64,000 bases of DNA, taken from the IMG/VR virus record IMGVR_UViG_3300043467_001216. The stretch is one strand, 5' to 3'. The DNA comes from a virus. Its lineage: Duplodnaviria > Heunggongvirae > Uroviricota > Caudoviricetes. The notes below the pieces were generated by a model that did no database searches, was not told where the DNA came from, and worked only from the letters and a program-made list of their open reading frames with translations. The position numbers were made by a program, and so were the translations under genes. Shown here piece by piece: positions 9,386-18,870 of this stretch. Positions within the stretch are counted from its first letter, which is position 1. Each line of letters begins with the position of its first letter.

Positions 9386-10771
9386 ATGAAAATAACATCA
9401 GTTTTAAGGAACATATTATTAGAAGATTCACGATTTGAAAATTTATATACTAAATTTGTTGAACCTGCTCCGTCGAAAGACCCTGCTAAACCAAATAAAC
9501 CTAAACTTAAATTCGATACGTTAAAGCAATTTATATTTGCTGACCCTACGTCAAAGATGCCTGAGGATGTTGATGCTGAAGGTTTATCGTTAGCCGATAT
9601 TAGAAATTTAGGTAATAAGTTTAAAGTAGGTGCTTATACTCAATGGTTGTTGAAAAACTTCTTTAAACCGACTTTCCAAGGAGACCAAGCGAATGTTGAC
9701 CCATCAAGTCCTGAATATAAGGAAATGGTGAAGGAATTCAGACGTTTATTCCTTGAGGATTTGTTTAAGATGAATGATATTATCGGAAAGTTTGAACGTG
9801 TTAAACCATTAATACCGGCAGAACAACGTGATATTAATTCATATACACCGACAACGTTAACAAATTTAATTCTTAATTTACCTGAAGAATTAAAAGCTAA
9901 GATTCAAACTAAGGATGTAAAATCTCAGGCGAGAGAAGAAAGAAAGGCTAACAGATTCGCCCATCCAGGTGCTACAATTATGAAAGAGGGTACTAACTAT
10001 ACTTTAATTAAAATTGAAGGGACTGATACACCTCAGAAAGAGGCGGCACAGTGGTATGGTGGATTCTATGACTATATGAATGGTGAGTCACATTGGTGTA
10101 CTTCACCTCCGGGGTCTAACTACTTTATGACTTACGCATCGGCAGGTCCATTATATGTGATTATGGCTAACGATGATAAAGGACAGGTGGGTGCAAGAAC
10201 AGGACTTCCAACTGAAAGATACCAAATCAACTTCCCTAAAAACCAATTTATGGATAGAATGGACGGTAGATTTGATGTTGTTGAGAAATTCAATGGAGAC
10301 TTCGCTGAGTTTAAAGAAATCCTTAAACCTGAATTTGCAAAAGGATTCGTTATTCCAAATACTGATGAGGTTGAAATTACATATCCTGGAAGTTCTGCGG
10401 GTGTATTCATCGCATTATATGGATTTGATGATTTGATTAAATCATTACCAAAAACTATTAAACAGTTACACGTAAGTAATACTTCAAACACACCTGTTTA
10501 TTTAGATTTAAGTGATGCTATTGGTGAATTCACTGAATTAGATACGATATTATTACATAATGTTGTAAAAGAAATTCCTGAGTCAATCGGTAATCTTAGA
10601 AACTTAGATATATTGTCATTGACTGATAATAAAGAATTGAGAACATTACCAAAATCTATTCTTAATTTAGAAAATCTAACTTTCTTAGTGTTAACAGGTA
10701 GTAATGTTGATTTAGGTGATATGTCAGAGAACTTTTTTGAAACTGCTGACGGAGTTTATGCACTTGCTTAA
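9386..10771 (+). CDS. leucine-rich-repeat protein with PcfJ-like central motif
   Basis: C-terminal LRRs (IPESIGNLRNLDILSLTDNKELRTLPKSILNLENLTFLVL); central ESHWCTS..Y..GPLYVIM. Confidence 0.7.
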   Translation: MKITSVLRNILLEDSRFENLYTKFVEPAPSKDPAKPNKPKLKFDTLKQFIFADPTSKMPEDVDAEGLSLADIRNLGNKFKVGAYTQWLLKNFFKPTFQGDQANVDPSSPEYKEMVKEFRRLFLEDLFKMNDIIGKFERVKPLIPAEQRDINSYTPTTLTNLILNLPEELKAKIQTKDVKSQAREERKANRFAHPGATIMKEGTNYTLIKIEGTDTPQKEAAQWYGGFYDYMNGESHWCTSPPGSNYFMTYASAGPLYVIMANDDKGQVGARTGLPTERYQINFPKNQFMDRMDGRFDVVEKFNGDFAEFKEILKPEFAKGFVIPNTDEVEITYPGSSAGVFIALYGFDDLIKSLPKTIKQLHVSNTSNTPVYLDLSDAIGEFTELDTILLHNVVKEIPESIGNLRNLDILSLTDNKELRTLPKSILNLENLTFLVLTGSNVDLGDMSENFFETADGVYALA

Positions 10772-10786
10772 TAAAAAAACATAAAT

Positions 10787-11083
10787 ATGAAAAATTTAGA
10801 AGTTGATTTATACATCACACAATTTAGAGGTTTCTTCGATAAGAACCCAAATGACTTACTCTCTTTGATTGGTGATGTTTTGGTTGAAGATTTTTTTAAA
10901 CGTGTTGAAGAACAATGTTATAAAAATCTTGAGAAAGGTGATGAAGTATCTGTGACTAGACAACAACTAATTGATATTGTTGTCGACCTTAAATCGGAGG
11001 AGTCTGAATTTGAGAAAGACTTTAAGAGTTCAATCACAAAAGTATTCGAACATACTAAATTTGGAGACATCTGTCTTAACTAA
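10787..11083 (+). CDS. hypothetical protein
   Basis: 98-aa ORF followed by terminator. Confidence 0.6.
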   Translation: MKNLEVDLYITQFRGFFDKNPNDLLSLIGDVLVEDFFKRVEEQCYKNLEKGDEVSVTRQQLIDIVVDLKSEESEFEKDFKSSITKVFEHTKFGDICLN

Positions 11084-11085
11084 TT

Positions 11086-11112
11086 AAAACCCCCAAGACC
11101 TGGGGGTTTTTT
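11086..11112 (+). terminator. rho-independent terminator
   Basis: CCCCCA-agacc-TGGGGG followed by a T-run. Confidence 0.85.
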
Positions 11113-11173
11113 ATTATCTGAAAAAAAAAACAATTATTTTTTGTTGGGTGCTTGTACAATTAGATTTTATACA

Positions 11174-11181
11174 TATCTTTG
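11174..11181 (+). promoter_or_regulatory. Bacteroidetes-type -7 box
   Basis: TATCTTTG fits TAnnTTTG, 21 nt before ATG 11203. Confidence 0.5.
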
Positions 11182-11202
11182 ATAAACCAAAACGATAGAG
11201 AT

Positions 11203-11967
11203 ATGAGAAACACAGTTATGACATTAGACCAAGTAAAAGAAGTAGCACCATCAGTATTCGCTACAAGTGCATCACCAAAAGTATCTAACAGATACACATT
11301 CGTTCCAACCGTGGACATCGTAGAGAACTTCCAAAGAGAGGGATGGGAGATTGCAAGTGTTAAACAAACAGGTAAAGGTGTTCACGGATTACACGAAATC
11401 AAATTCCGTAATGGTGAGTTACCAAAAGTTGGTGACACATTGGTTGAGGCTATCGTTAAGAACTCACACAATGGTATGGCAACATTAAATATCTCCGCAG
11501 GACTACACAGATTGGTATGTGCTAACGGATTGACTGTCCCAACTTCATTGTCTGAGTCATTCAAAGTAAGACACACAGGTTTCGAGTTAGACGACGTTAA
11601 ACGTTTGACTGAGGACTTCTCAAAAAGATTACCATTAATCGAAGGGTCAGTGAACCGAATGATGGAGAGAGAGTTATCAACTGACGAGAAGTTGGACTTC
11701 GTTAGAAAATCCGCTGAGCTTCGTTGGAAAACAGGTTCAATTCCTGTGACATTGGACTACGAGGAAATCTTGAATCCATTGAGAGATGCTGACAACGGGG
11801 ATTCACTTTGGCAAGTATTCAACGTGGTTCAAGAGAAGTGGGTTAGAGGAGGTATCCAATACAAATCTAACGGTGGTCGTAAAACACAACTTAGAACGTT
11901 GAACGACATCTTGAACACCAACCGAATCAACACAAAACTTTGGGAGTTGGCTGAGGAAATGTTCTAA
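11203..11967 (+). CDS. DUF932 family protein (plasmid/ICE-associated)
   Basis: KNSHNGMATLNISAGLHRLVCANGL matches the DUF932 signature NSHDGS..GL.RLVC.NG; start moved from TTG 11179 to ATG 11203. Confidence 0.75.
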   Translation: MRNTVMTLDQVKEVAPSVFATSASPKVSNRYTFVPTVDIVENFQREGWEIASVKQTGKGVHGLHEIKFRNGELPKVGDTLVEAIVKNSHNGMATLNISAGLHRLVCANGLTVPTSLSESFKVRHTGFELDDVKRLTEDFSKRLPLIEGSVNRMMERELSTDEKLDFVRKSAELRWKTGSIPVTLDYEEILNPLRDADNGDSLWQVFNVVQEKWVRGGIQYKSNGGRKTQLRTLNDILNTNRINTKLWELAEEMF

Positions 11968-11973
11968 GACAAT

Positions 11974-11996
11974 GGGGAGTAAAATCCCCTTTTTTT
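11974..11996 (+). terminator. rho-independent terminator
   Basis: GGGGA-gtaaaa-TCCCC followed by T7. Confidence 0.8.
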
Positions 11997-12020
11997 ATTA
12001 TCAGGTATTGAATTATTTAT

Positions 12021-12028
12021 TATATTTG
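12021..12028 (+). promoter_or_regulatory. Bacteroidetes-type -7 box
   Basis: TATATTTG only 4 nt before ATG 12033. Confidence 0.5.
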
Positions 12029-12032
12029 TGGT

Positions 12033-13772
12033 ATGGAAGTATTGTTAGACATTAAATCAGTTAAAAGTTCTGTAAATATATACAAGAATTATTGCCCATT
12101 AGAAATTGAAGATATTTTCGGGAAAGGGTCTTTTGATGCTAAAACGTTATATTCAGATAGTAAAAGACATACACATTACGAATTTGATAAATCTGAGGAA
12201 ATAAGTGGTTCTGACTTGTTTGACAAATATAAAAACGACCAATTATGTTCACCTTCAATAAATAGAAAAAGTGTTGAGGTATTAAAGAGTAATGAAAAGG
12301 TGACGATTAAAATTTATCGTTACAATTTACATAGAGAAATAGGGAAACCGTATTTCAGAAAATCAACCTCGTATGTTTCATTAACATATAATATTAAACG
12401 TAATCAGTTTTATTTCTTTCTTATTAACAATTATCACAAGAAAAGAAATTTTAGTAAAACACTTAGATGTCTTAGTCCGTACTTGATATTGAATCATTTC
12501 CGACACCACTTAGTTGATACTTTATCTAATCGTGATGATGTTGATAAAGTCTTTAATGTTTTTTTTAAAGGTATTTACGAAGATATGGTTAATTACGTTG
12601 ATTTACTTGAATACGTTGTTAAAAAACAAGGGTTTAAATTACCGAACAATTTTGATGTATTCGCTGATGCTATCGGTGGTAATGGTTTCTATGGTAGAAC
12701 ACCAACTAAATTAGATGGTAAGAGAAATGGGTTTAAATATATTGATACCATTATGGGTATTAACATTTTGAAGGGGGATAAACTTAGACGAGTATTACAT
12801 AAGGTATCAGGATTTAATTTGGGTTTATATTATGAAATGGCTAGTTACTTTAAGGATGATTTTATTTTATCAAGACCTGATGAGGACCTAATTAAAATCT
12901 TTAATTCAAATATTAGTTATTCATCATTAAATGGGAGTGTCTTGATGACTAGGCAAGAAAAAATTAATATGTATAATATTATTATGGAGTTGATTAATAC
13001 TAATAGTAGTGATTTGTATTCAATTTCTGACCATTTAAATATTAAAAATAAATTGTCTAAATACGAAACTGTGAAGTGGAAATCTAAAACATATGATGAG
13101 TTTGTTGATGAGCACGACGAATGGTCACGTAATTTAGATTCATACACTAAAGGTGTAACACAAAGAAGATATAATAAAGAGTTCCTTAATCACATTGAAA
13201 AACCGTTTGAAATGGATGGTATTAAATACTACCCTGTTGTTTTAAACAGTAGTGATGATTATAATAGAGAATCAACTGTTCAAACAAACTGTGTTAGAAC
13301 TTATATCCATTATGCTCATTCATTGATTGTGTCATTACGTAGAGATAGTAAAGACAGTTATGAAAGATTAACTATTGAGGTGAATTTAATACCTGATGAG
13401 GATGTTAGATTATTAAGAAAACAAACTAAGGCAAAGAGAAATTCAACACCTGACGATAGTTGGAGTTTAGCGACTCGTGAACTTGATGACAGAATTGAGT
13501 TTATTAATAAGAATGGGTTATTTACTTTACCTGAAATGGACGTAATTTATACACGAGGTTTACCTAGACACGCAAAGGTTGATAATAGACTGATTCACAA
13601 TGATGGTTACAGTTATTGGACTGTATGTTGGGATGATGAAGAAGTTGACTCTATTACTGGTCTGTCATATTTCCCTGTGATTGATGATGAGGTAACCCAA
13701 GATGAAATTGATTATTTATTAACTAATAACACTCCGAATTATGTTACGGAGGATGATGATTTACCATTATGA
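12033..13772 (+). CDS. PcfJ-like domain protein
   Basis: 579-aa ORF; TNCVRTYIHYAHSLIVSLRRDSKDSYERLTIEV resembles the PcfJ core (HCV..Y...I.SLR...TLE); recalled from memory, not searched. Confidence 0.6.
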   Translation: MEVLLDIKSVKSSVNIYKNYCPLEIEDIFGKGSFDAKTLYSDSKRHTHYEFDKSEEISGSDLFDKYKNDQLCSPSINRKSVEVLKSNEKVTIKIYRYNLHREIGKPYFRKSTSYVSLTYNIKRNQFYFFLINNYHKKRNFSKTLRCLSPYLILNHFRHHLVDTLSNRDDVDKVFNVFFKGIYEDMVNYVDLLEYVVKKQGFKLPNNFDVFADAIGGNGFYGRTPTKLDGKRNGFKYIDTIMGINILKGDKLRRVLHKVSGFNLGLYYEMASYFKDDFILSRPDEDLIKIFNSNISYSSLNGSVLMTRQEKINMYNIIMELINTNSSDLYSISDHLNIKNKLSKYETVKWKSKTYDEFVDEHDEWSRNLDSYTKGVTQRRYNKEFLNHIEKPFEMDGIKYYPVVLNSSDDYNRESTVQTNCVRTYIHYAHSLIVSLRRDSKDSYERLTIEVNLIPDEDVRLLRKQTKAKRNSTPDDSWSLATRELDDRIEFINKNGLFTLPEMDVIYTRGLPRHAKVDNRLIHNDGYSYWTVCWDDEEVDSITGLSYFPVIDDEVTQDEIDYLLTNNTPNYVTEDDDLPL

Positions 13773-14119
13773 TACCAGAACATTGTATAAAATATTTTGA
13801 AGCGAAATATGAAATTTATCCCTCCAATTGTCAGGTGATAATGTCTGAGGAATTATTTAAAAAATTAGTTAGTCGTAGTGAATTACTTTGGTGTAGACAC
13901 TCAATAACAGGTGGTGTGGATAAAATGGAATCGTCATTACATTCTTTTCACGAAACAGGTATTTATATTTACTTAGATGAAATAAGGGCGAACCAAATCG
14001 GTGCGTCGACTAAAACAATAAATGAGTATAAAGTTTACTTTATGTATGAAATTAGTAAAAAACATATCGTTGACTTTACAATAAACCAAATAATAAAACA
14101 AAACAAAAATGGAAATTAG
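13769..14119 (+). CDS. hypothetical protein
   Basis: ATGA overlap with upstream gene. Confidence 0.6.
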   Translation: MIPEHCIKYFEAKYEIYPSNCQVIMSEELFKKLVSRSELLWCRHSITGGVDKMESSLHSFHETGIYIYLDEIRANQIGASTKTINEYKVYFMYEISKKHIVDFTINQIIKQNKNGN

Positions 14120-14432
14120 TAGTTCTGAATTACAAGAAAAAATTAACAAAGGTGAAAAATTAGTAGTTGACTTTTGGGCTGAGTGGTGTGGACCGTGTAG
14201 AATGCAAAAACCAATCTTCGAACAAGTTAGTCAGACAGCTATCGAAAACAAGTCAGAGGTGTCGTATTACACATTCAACGTCGAATCTGATAAAATATTC
14301 GCAGCGTCATTAGGTATTAGAAGTATTCCAACAATCAAATCATTTTCAAATGGTGGTGAGGTTACTACTAAAGTTGGTCTTATGGATGAATCACAATTAA
14401 AATCATTAGAGTCAATATTAATTAATGGGTAA
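14109..14432 (+). CDS. trxA: thioredoxin
   Basis: WAEWCGPCRMQKP active site; thioredoxin length. Confidence 0.9.
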   Translation: MEISSSELQEKINKGEKLVVDFWAEWCGPCRMQKPIFEQVSQTAIENKSEVSYYTFNVESDKIFAASLGIRSIPTIKSFSNGGEVTTKVGLMDESQLKSLESILING

Positions 14433-14712
14433 GTTATTAATTTTATATACGATGGACGGTTGTCCTTTCTGTCAAATGATGAAAGAGAAGTTAATTGAAT
14501 CTAACATCATTTATTATGAACGTGACATTGACGAGCATAAAGATGAGTATGACTTGTTTGTGGAAATTACGGAAAACGATTATGTTCCTGCGTTTATGAT
14601 AATAGAGGGTGATGATGAAAAACAACCAATTACATCATTGTACGCACCTGATAGGGATTTCAACGACTTAGATGAAGGTATTGAAATAATTAAAAACAAA
14701 ATGATTCTATAA
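14425..14712 (+). CDS. glutaredoxin/NrdH-like redoxin
   Basis: N-terminal CPFC motif; 95 aa. Confidence 0.75.
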   Translation: MGKLLILYTMDGCPFCQMMKEKLIESNIIYYERDIDEHKDEYDLFVEITENDYVPAFMIIEGDDEKQPITSLYAPDRDFNDLDEGIEIIKNKMIL

Positions 14713-14741
14713 AAAACCCCCAATTAAATGGGGGTTTTGTT
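14711..14741. terminator. bidirectional rho-independent terminator
   Basis: A-run, CCCCCA-attaaa-TGGGGG, T-run; lies between convergent genes. Confidence 0.85.
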
Positions 14742-15548
14742 TTAAAAGATAATACAGTTATTTGTTTGGTCTTTAAATAACCAAGGTTTAGGACCGAAGG
14801 GTTCGTCAATATCTTTGGTGAACTCATATGTTGATAATGTATGTTTGAATGATTCTAAATCAAAATTAAATACATCTAGCACCATTGATTTAATTACTTC
14901 ATCATTATACATTGAATCCGTTTTAATCTCAATCATAAAATCTTCATCTTCATCAATCCTTGTTGAGATTTTAAATGTTAATTTTTTTGAACTAATACTT
15001 GTCATAATGTTATGGGCGATATATTCAGAATAATAATAATGTATTCGACCCATATTTAGACTGTAACCGTGAGGGAATTCAGATGTGATTGTTATTGGGG
15101 GGTAAATGAAATTAGGTAATACGTCAATATCGGTACTTAAAAAATCAATTTCATATACTAAATCATTTGTGATTGAAAGGGAATTATCTAAACTTGCGTT
15201 TTGAATTATGAAGTCGGAGTATATTGGTCTTGATGTGTTATAGAATGTGAACCAATAGTCTTCTTGTTTTTTAGGACTAACGTCGTATTCGACTAAATCA
15301 ACAAGGTTAAGGTCTTTATATCCCAACACCTCTAAAACGTCTTTATTTTCTTTTAAAAACGATTCTTTAATGTGTGTAAGGTCTAATGGTTTCTCATATG
15401 ACGTGAATCCGTTAATTATAACAAATTTACCACAATCTGAGGTTTCAATTACAGAGTCATAATCACCTAACTTATTAATTTCATTTAGGATATGGTCCGC
15501 AAATTTGTTAACTATACCTCTATTTCTTTTAGGGTTAATGTATTTCAT
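14742..15548 (-). CDS. hypothetical protein
   Basis: 268-aa minus-strand ORF. Confidence 0.65.
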   Translation of the reverse strand: MKYINPKRNRGIVNKFADHILNEINKLGDYDSVIETSDCGKFVIINGFTSYEKPLDLTHIKESFLKENKDVLEVLGYKDLNLVDLVEYDVSPKKQEDYWFTFYNTSRPIYSDFIIQNASLDNSLSITNDLVYEIDFLSTDIDVLPNFIYPPITITSEFPHGYSLNMGRIHYYYSEYIAHNIMTSISSKKLTFKISTRIDEDEDFMIEIKTDSMYNDEVIKSMVLDVFNFDLESFKHTLSTYEFTKDIDEPFGPKPWLFKDQTNNCIIF

Positions 15549-15652
15549 ATTAAATATTTTTCTTAATTAATATTCAATTAAATTAACACTCTAAATAGTT
15601 AAACAAAAAATGGGAGTCACTGACCCCCATTTTAATCGAATATCTTAACACC

Positions 15653-15802
15653 TTACCTTTTCGTGTAGTATTTCTCAACTACTTTCTTAATTGACTCTTG
15701 AATCGTTTGGTTTTGAGGTTGAGCACCTCCTTGTTCCGGTTGTGGTTGAGCTCCTCCTTGTTGTGGTGCTTGATTTCCTTTATTTTTGCATCCGCATCCC
15801 AT
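15653..15802 (-). CDS. small Q/G/P-rich protein starting MGCGCKNK
   Basis: 49-aa ORF below track cutoff; internal repeat QQGGAQPQP/EQGGAQPQN; hairpin at 15608-15634 downstream. Confidence 0.35.
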   Translation of the reverse strand: MGCGCKNKGNQAPQQGGAQPQPEQGGAQPQNQTIQESIKKVVEKYYTKR

Positions 15803-15891
15803 TGTATTTTTGTTTTAAAGTTTATTCATCAATAAATATCTTACAAACAACTTAATTGTAAATAATAGATAATTATTAATATAATTAATTG

Positions 15892-15906
15892 ATATTTATT
15901 GATATG
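15892..15906 (+). promoter_or_regulatory. ATATTTATTGATATG motif containing the start codon
   Basis: identical 15-mer at 36986 and 54317. Confidence 0.5.
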
Positions 15907-17400
15907 AAAAATTTTAAACTAATAGAGTCGGACCTTAGAAAACTAGTCAGATTAATCATAGAAGAAACTGAGAATGAATCCGAAAGTGAAATTGTTAAGA
16001 TATTACCTACTGAGTTTTTAAAATTATTTAAATACACCAATAGTGTTGATGCGATTTTAAATCAAAAAAAATATAAAGATAAAAAGGTTGTGATTGCTGG
16101 TGACCTTAACTTTCCAAGTAATGATAAAGTTAAAACATTGGGTAAATTACACGGTGTTGAGGGTCGTTTGGATGTTAGTAGATTATCCAATCTACAGTCA
16201 TTAGGTGAATTAGATTTTGTTGACGGAGTTTTAGATATTTCAAGTACTAAAGTTAGTACGGTTGAAGGAGTTAGAGTTAGTGGTTCAATTAGAGATTGGG
16301 GAACACCTATTGAAACCGCAAGGTTGAGAAAAGAATTTCAAAGTAAATTAGATGAAGCTAATGAAAGACGTGAAAGTGGTGAGTGGGATGATGTTGAAAA
16401 TGATGATGAGTCAGCAAAAGCACACGCGTTACTAGAATACATTGATAATAATGAGCGTATTGATATATGGGATGAGGAGTCCAGAGAGGAATTTGATGGG
16501 TTGAAACGTAGATTAGAATTACTTAACGACCAATATAATGAGACTGATGATGATGATAGGATTGTTGAATTAACTAGTGAAATTGATGAAATTGAAGCTA
16601 GAATTGATGAGATGACAGGTCTTTATTATGACGTATACGATGCGTTACCAACAGGTTATAGTCATTATGGTGAAATGACTGTGTTTAATTTTAGAGACCA
16701 AGGTAATTTAGGTAATTTAAAAGAATATGCTGTAGGAACAAACGATGAAGCTGATAAGGCGTTAAAAGAATATTGGGAGAATTTATTGGATGACATTGGG
16801 GTTGATGGTATTCAACAATACATAATTGAAAATAACATTGATGGTGATAGGGTTGCTGAAGAGTTTGAAGAATATTATGAAGGTGATATTCGAGATAATT
16901 TAGATGTGTATTTTAATCTTGATGATTTGGAATTAAGTCCGGAACAAGAAAGTAGAAAAAGAGATATGGAATCATATATTGAAGAATTGGAATCATATAT
17001 TGAGGAAATGGAAGAAAAACAATCATCACTTGAAGATGAGATTGAAGACCCTGATGAATATTCTCAAGAATATGATAGGATTCAAGAATTAATTGATGAG
17101 GCTGAAAAGAAAAAAGAAGATGCTCAAGAGGAGATTGATGAAATGAGGGGTGAAGTTACTGATGAAATGATTGAATCTGAAGTTCAAGATAAATTATATG
17201 ATATTAGACAAGACCCATATGATTTCTTAAAAAATCAAATGGGTTATGACAGTAGAAGTATTCGTGATTATATTGATATGGATGGTGTTGTGGAAGATTT
17301 ATCTCGTGATAGTGATTATGGTGATTTAAATGGTTATGATGGGAGTTATGACGAAATTAAAATTGGAGGTGATTATTACGTTGTGATGAGAATTAATTAA
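15904..17400 (+). CDS. highly acidic protein with LRR-like N-terminal part
   Basis: start at ATG inside the conserved 15-mer; N-terminus MKNFKLIESDLRKLVRLIIEE; long D/E-rich coiled region. Confidence 0.7.
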   Translation: MKNFKLIESDLRKLVRLIIEETENESESEIVKILPTEFLKLFKYTNSVDAILNQKKYKDKKVVIAGDLNFPSNDKVKTLGKLHGVEGRLDVSRLSNLQSLGELDFVDGVLDISSTKVSTVEGVRVSGSIRDWGTPIETARLRKEFQSKLDEANERRESGEWDDVENDDESAKAHALLEYIDNNERIDIWDEESREEFDGLKRRLELLNDQYNETDDDDRIVELTSEIDEIEARIDEMTGLYYDVYDALPTGYSHYGEMTVFNFRDQGNLGNLKEYAVGTNDEADKALKEYWENLLDDIGVDGIQQYIIENNIDGDRVAEEFEEYYEGDIRDNLDVYFNLDDLELSPEQESRKRDMESYIEELESYIEEMEEKQSSLEDEIEDPDEYSQEYDRIQELIDEAEKKKEDAQEEIDEMRGEVTDEMIESEVQDKLYDIRQDPYDFLKNQMGYDSRSIRDYIDMDGVVEDLSRDSDYGDLNGYDGSYDEIKIGGDYYVVMRIN

Positions 17401-17443
17401 TTGATTAAATAACAATCAATCGTTATAATTAAATAAAAAAAAT

Positions 17444-18208
17444 ATGACTAAGAGTAGGAAAAATGATTTCATAATGGACACCGATTGGTTGTTTCAAGGA
17501 ATCATTGATGCGGAGCAAAAACAATATATCCTGTTAGATTATTTTCAAAAGTTAAATAAGGATTTTGATGAAATGAAAATATATCCAATGTTTATTGAGT
17601 TGTCATTACATTTGGGTAATATGCAAACATTGTTAACCCAAGACAAAATATTATATACCGAAAAGAAATTCACTACACCTGACGATGAATTATTGTTATC
17701 GGATTTAAAATTGAAAGAGATACCGGTATTAACTGATGAAGAAGTTGATGAGTATAAAAAGATTTTAAAACATTTCCAACCACAAATTCACGACTACTTC
17801 AACTTTGCAAAATCATTATGGACAATAGTATATGATTCTGTAACACTTAAAGTTGTTAAAAACGTTGAGAATATTGAAAAGAAGATTGGTTTTTTCTATA
17901 TTAAATACAATGAGAAAAACTACGTATGGAGATATGACAAAAAACGTGGATATAAATCACAACCTGAAGGTAGAACTGAATTAAAATTAATTTATAAAAC
18001 ATTTGATGATAATTTTGATGTGAATGAGATAATCTCGACACATTCAAAAACATATGATAAGAATAAAGAATCGGAAAGTCCGGTCTTTGAAGTTGTTTGT
18101 GATAATATATTTCCACTAAAAGAAACTGTTATTCCAATTGTGAAAAGAAAAATTTTAGCGTATATTAGCCAAACTAAAAAAGAGAAGAAACTAATAATGA
18201 TTGACTAA
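17444..18208 (+). CDS. hypothetical protein
   Basis: 254-aa ORF. Confidence 0.65.
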   Translation: MTKSRKNDFIMDTDWLFQGIIDAEQKQYILLDYFQKLNKDFDEMKIYPMFIELSLHLGNMQTLLTQDKILYTEKKFTTPDDELLLSDLKLKEIPVLTDEEVDEYKKILKHFQPQIHDYFNFAKSLWTIVYDSVTLKVVKNVENIEKKIGFFYIKYNEKNYVWRYDKKRGYKSQPEGRTELKLIYKTFDDNFDVNEIISTHSKTYDKNKESESPVFEVVCDNIFPLKETVIPIVKRKILAYISQTKKEKKLIMID

Positions 18209-18405
18209 TGAGCTTTCATAAAAGATATATTAATATCGACACAACAAAAGAATATTTAAACCGAGGGGATTTAGACGAACTATATAACGCTGACGCATAC
18301 TTCTTCAATGATGATTTGAGTTACGATGTATATAGGATGTATTTAGAGGAGTTGACTGATAAAGAAATCAAATTAAAACTAAATAACTATGGACAAAACA
18401 ATTAA
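18208..18405 (+). CDS. hypothetical protein
   Basis: TAATG coupling. Confidence 0.5.
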   Translation: MSFHKRYINIDTTKEYLNRGDLDELYNADAYFFNDDLSYDVYRMYLEELTDKEIKLKLNNYGQNN

Positions 18406-18577
18406 ATTATTACAGTCGAAACTTAGAAGACCAATTCACATTACCTACATTTCAGAACACATCTTGAAGAAAGATATTACTGAAACAAGAAAATTAGTAA
18501 CCAAACTTATGGAAGATGGTTATATGTTTGAAAGTGAAACATCTAAAGATTATTTTTATATTAAACCAAATGAGTAA
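18389..18577 (+). CDS. hypothetical protein
   Basis: 62-aa ORF overlapping neighbours. Confidence 0.5.
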   Translation: MDKTIKLLQSKLRRPIHITYISEHILKKDITETRKLVTKLMEDGYMFESETSKDYFYIKPNE

Positions 18578-18800
18578 AGAACACGTAAATCACCCAACAC
18601 ATTACGGGGGAGAAGGTAACCCTTACGAAGCAATCAAAGTGATTGATGCTTGGGAATTGGGTTTTAGTTTAGGTAATACTGTGAAGTATATCTCAAGAGC
18701 TGGTAAGAAAGAGTCTGACAAAGAATTACAAGACCTTAAAAAAGCAATGTGGTATCTTCAACACCACATCGAAGAGTTGGAGAAAAAACAATCTAATTAA
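18570..18800 (+). CDS. DUF3310 family protein
   Basis: HPTHYGG..PYEAIKVIDAWELGFSLGNTVKYISRAGKK...DL.KA.WYL is the DUF3310 pattern; start moved to ATG 18570. Confidence 0.7.
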   Translation: MSKEHVNHPTHYGGEGNPYEAIKVIDAWELGFSLGNTVKYISRAGKKESDKELQDLKKAMWYLQHHIEELEKKQSN

Positions 18801-18818
18801 TTATACAGAATAAAATAG

Positions 18819-18860
18819 TCTGGACTTATATTTATTAATAAAAATAAATTAAAGTTCAGA
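18819..18860 (+). promoter_or_regulatory. inverted repeat enclosing ATATTTATTAATAAA motif
   Basis: TCTGGACTT (18819-27) pairs with AAGTTCAGA (18852-60); motif at 18828-18842 sits in the loop; upstream of tail-fibre gene. Confidence 0.45.
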
Positions 18861-18870
18861 TTATTTTTAG

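Noticed and set aside
10132-10491. 119-aa minus-strand and 87-aa plus-strand ORFs nested in the LRR gene
   Set aside because: They are fully contained in a 461-aa ORF with recognisable LRR motifs and have no independent signals.
14742-15548. Possible S-adenosylmethionine synthetase-like N-terminus (VNKFADHILNEINKL...VIETSDCGKFVIINGFTS)
   Set aside because: The resemblance to MetK motifs is short and degenerate. The protein is about 100 aa too small and lacks the conserved GHPDK and the later motifs. Left as hypothetical.
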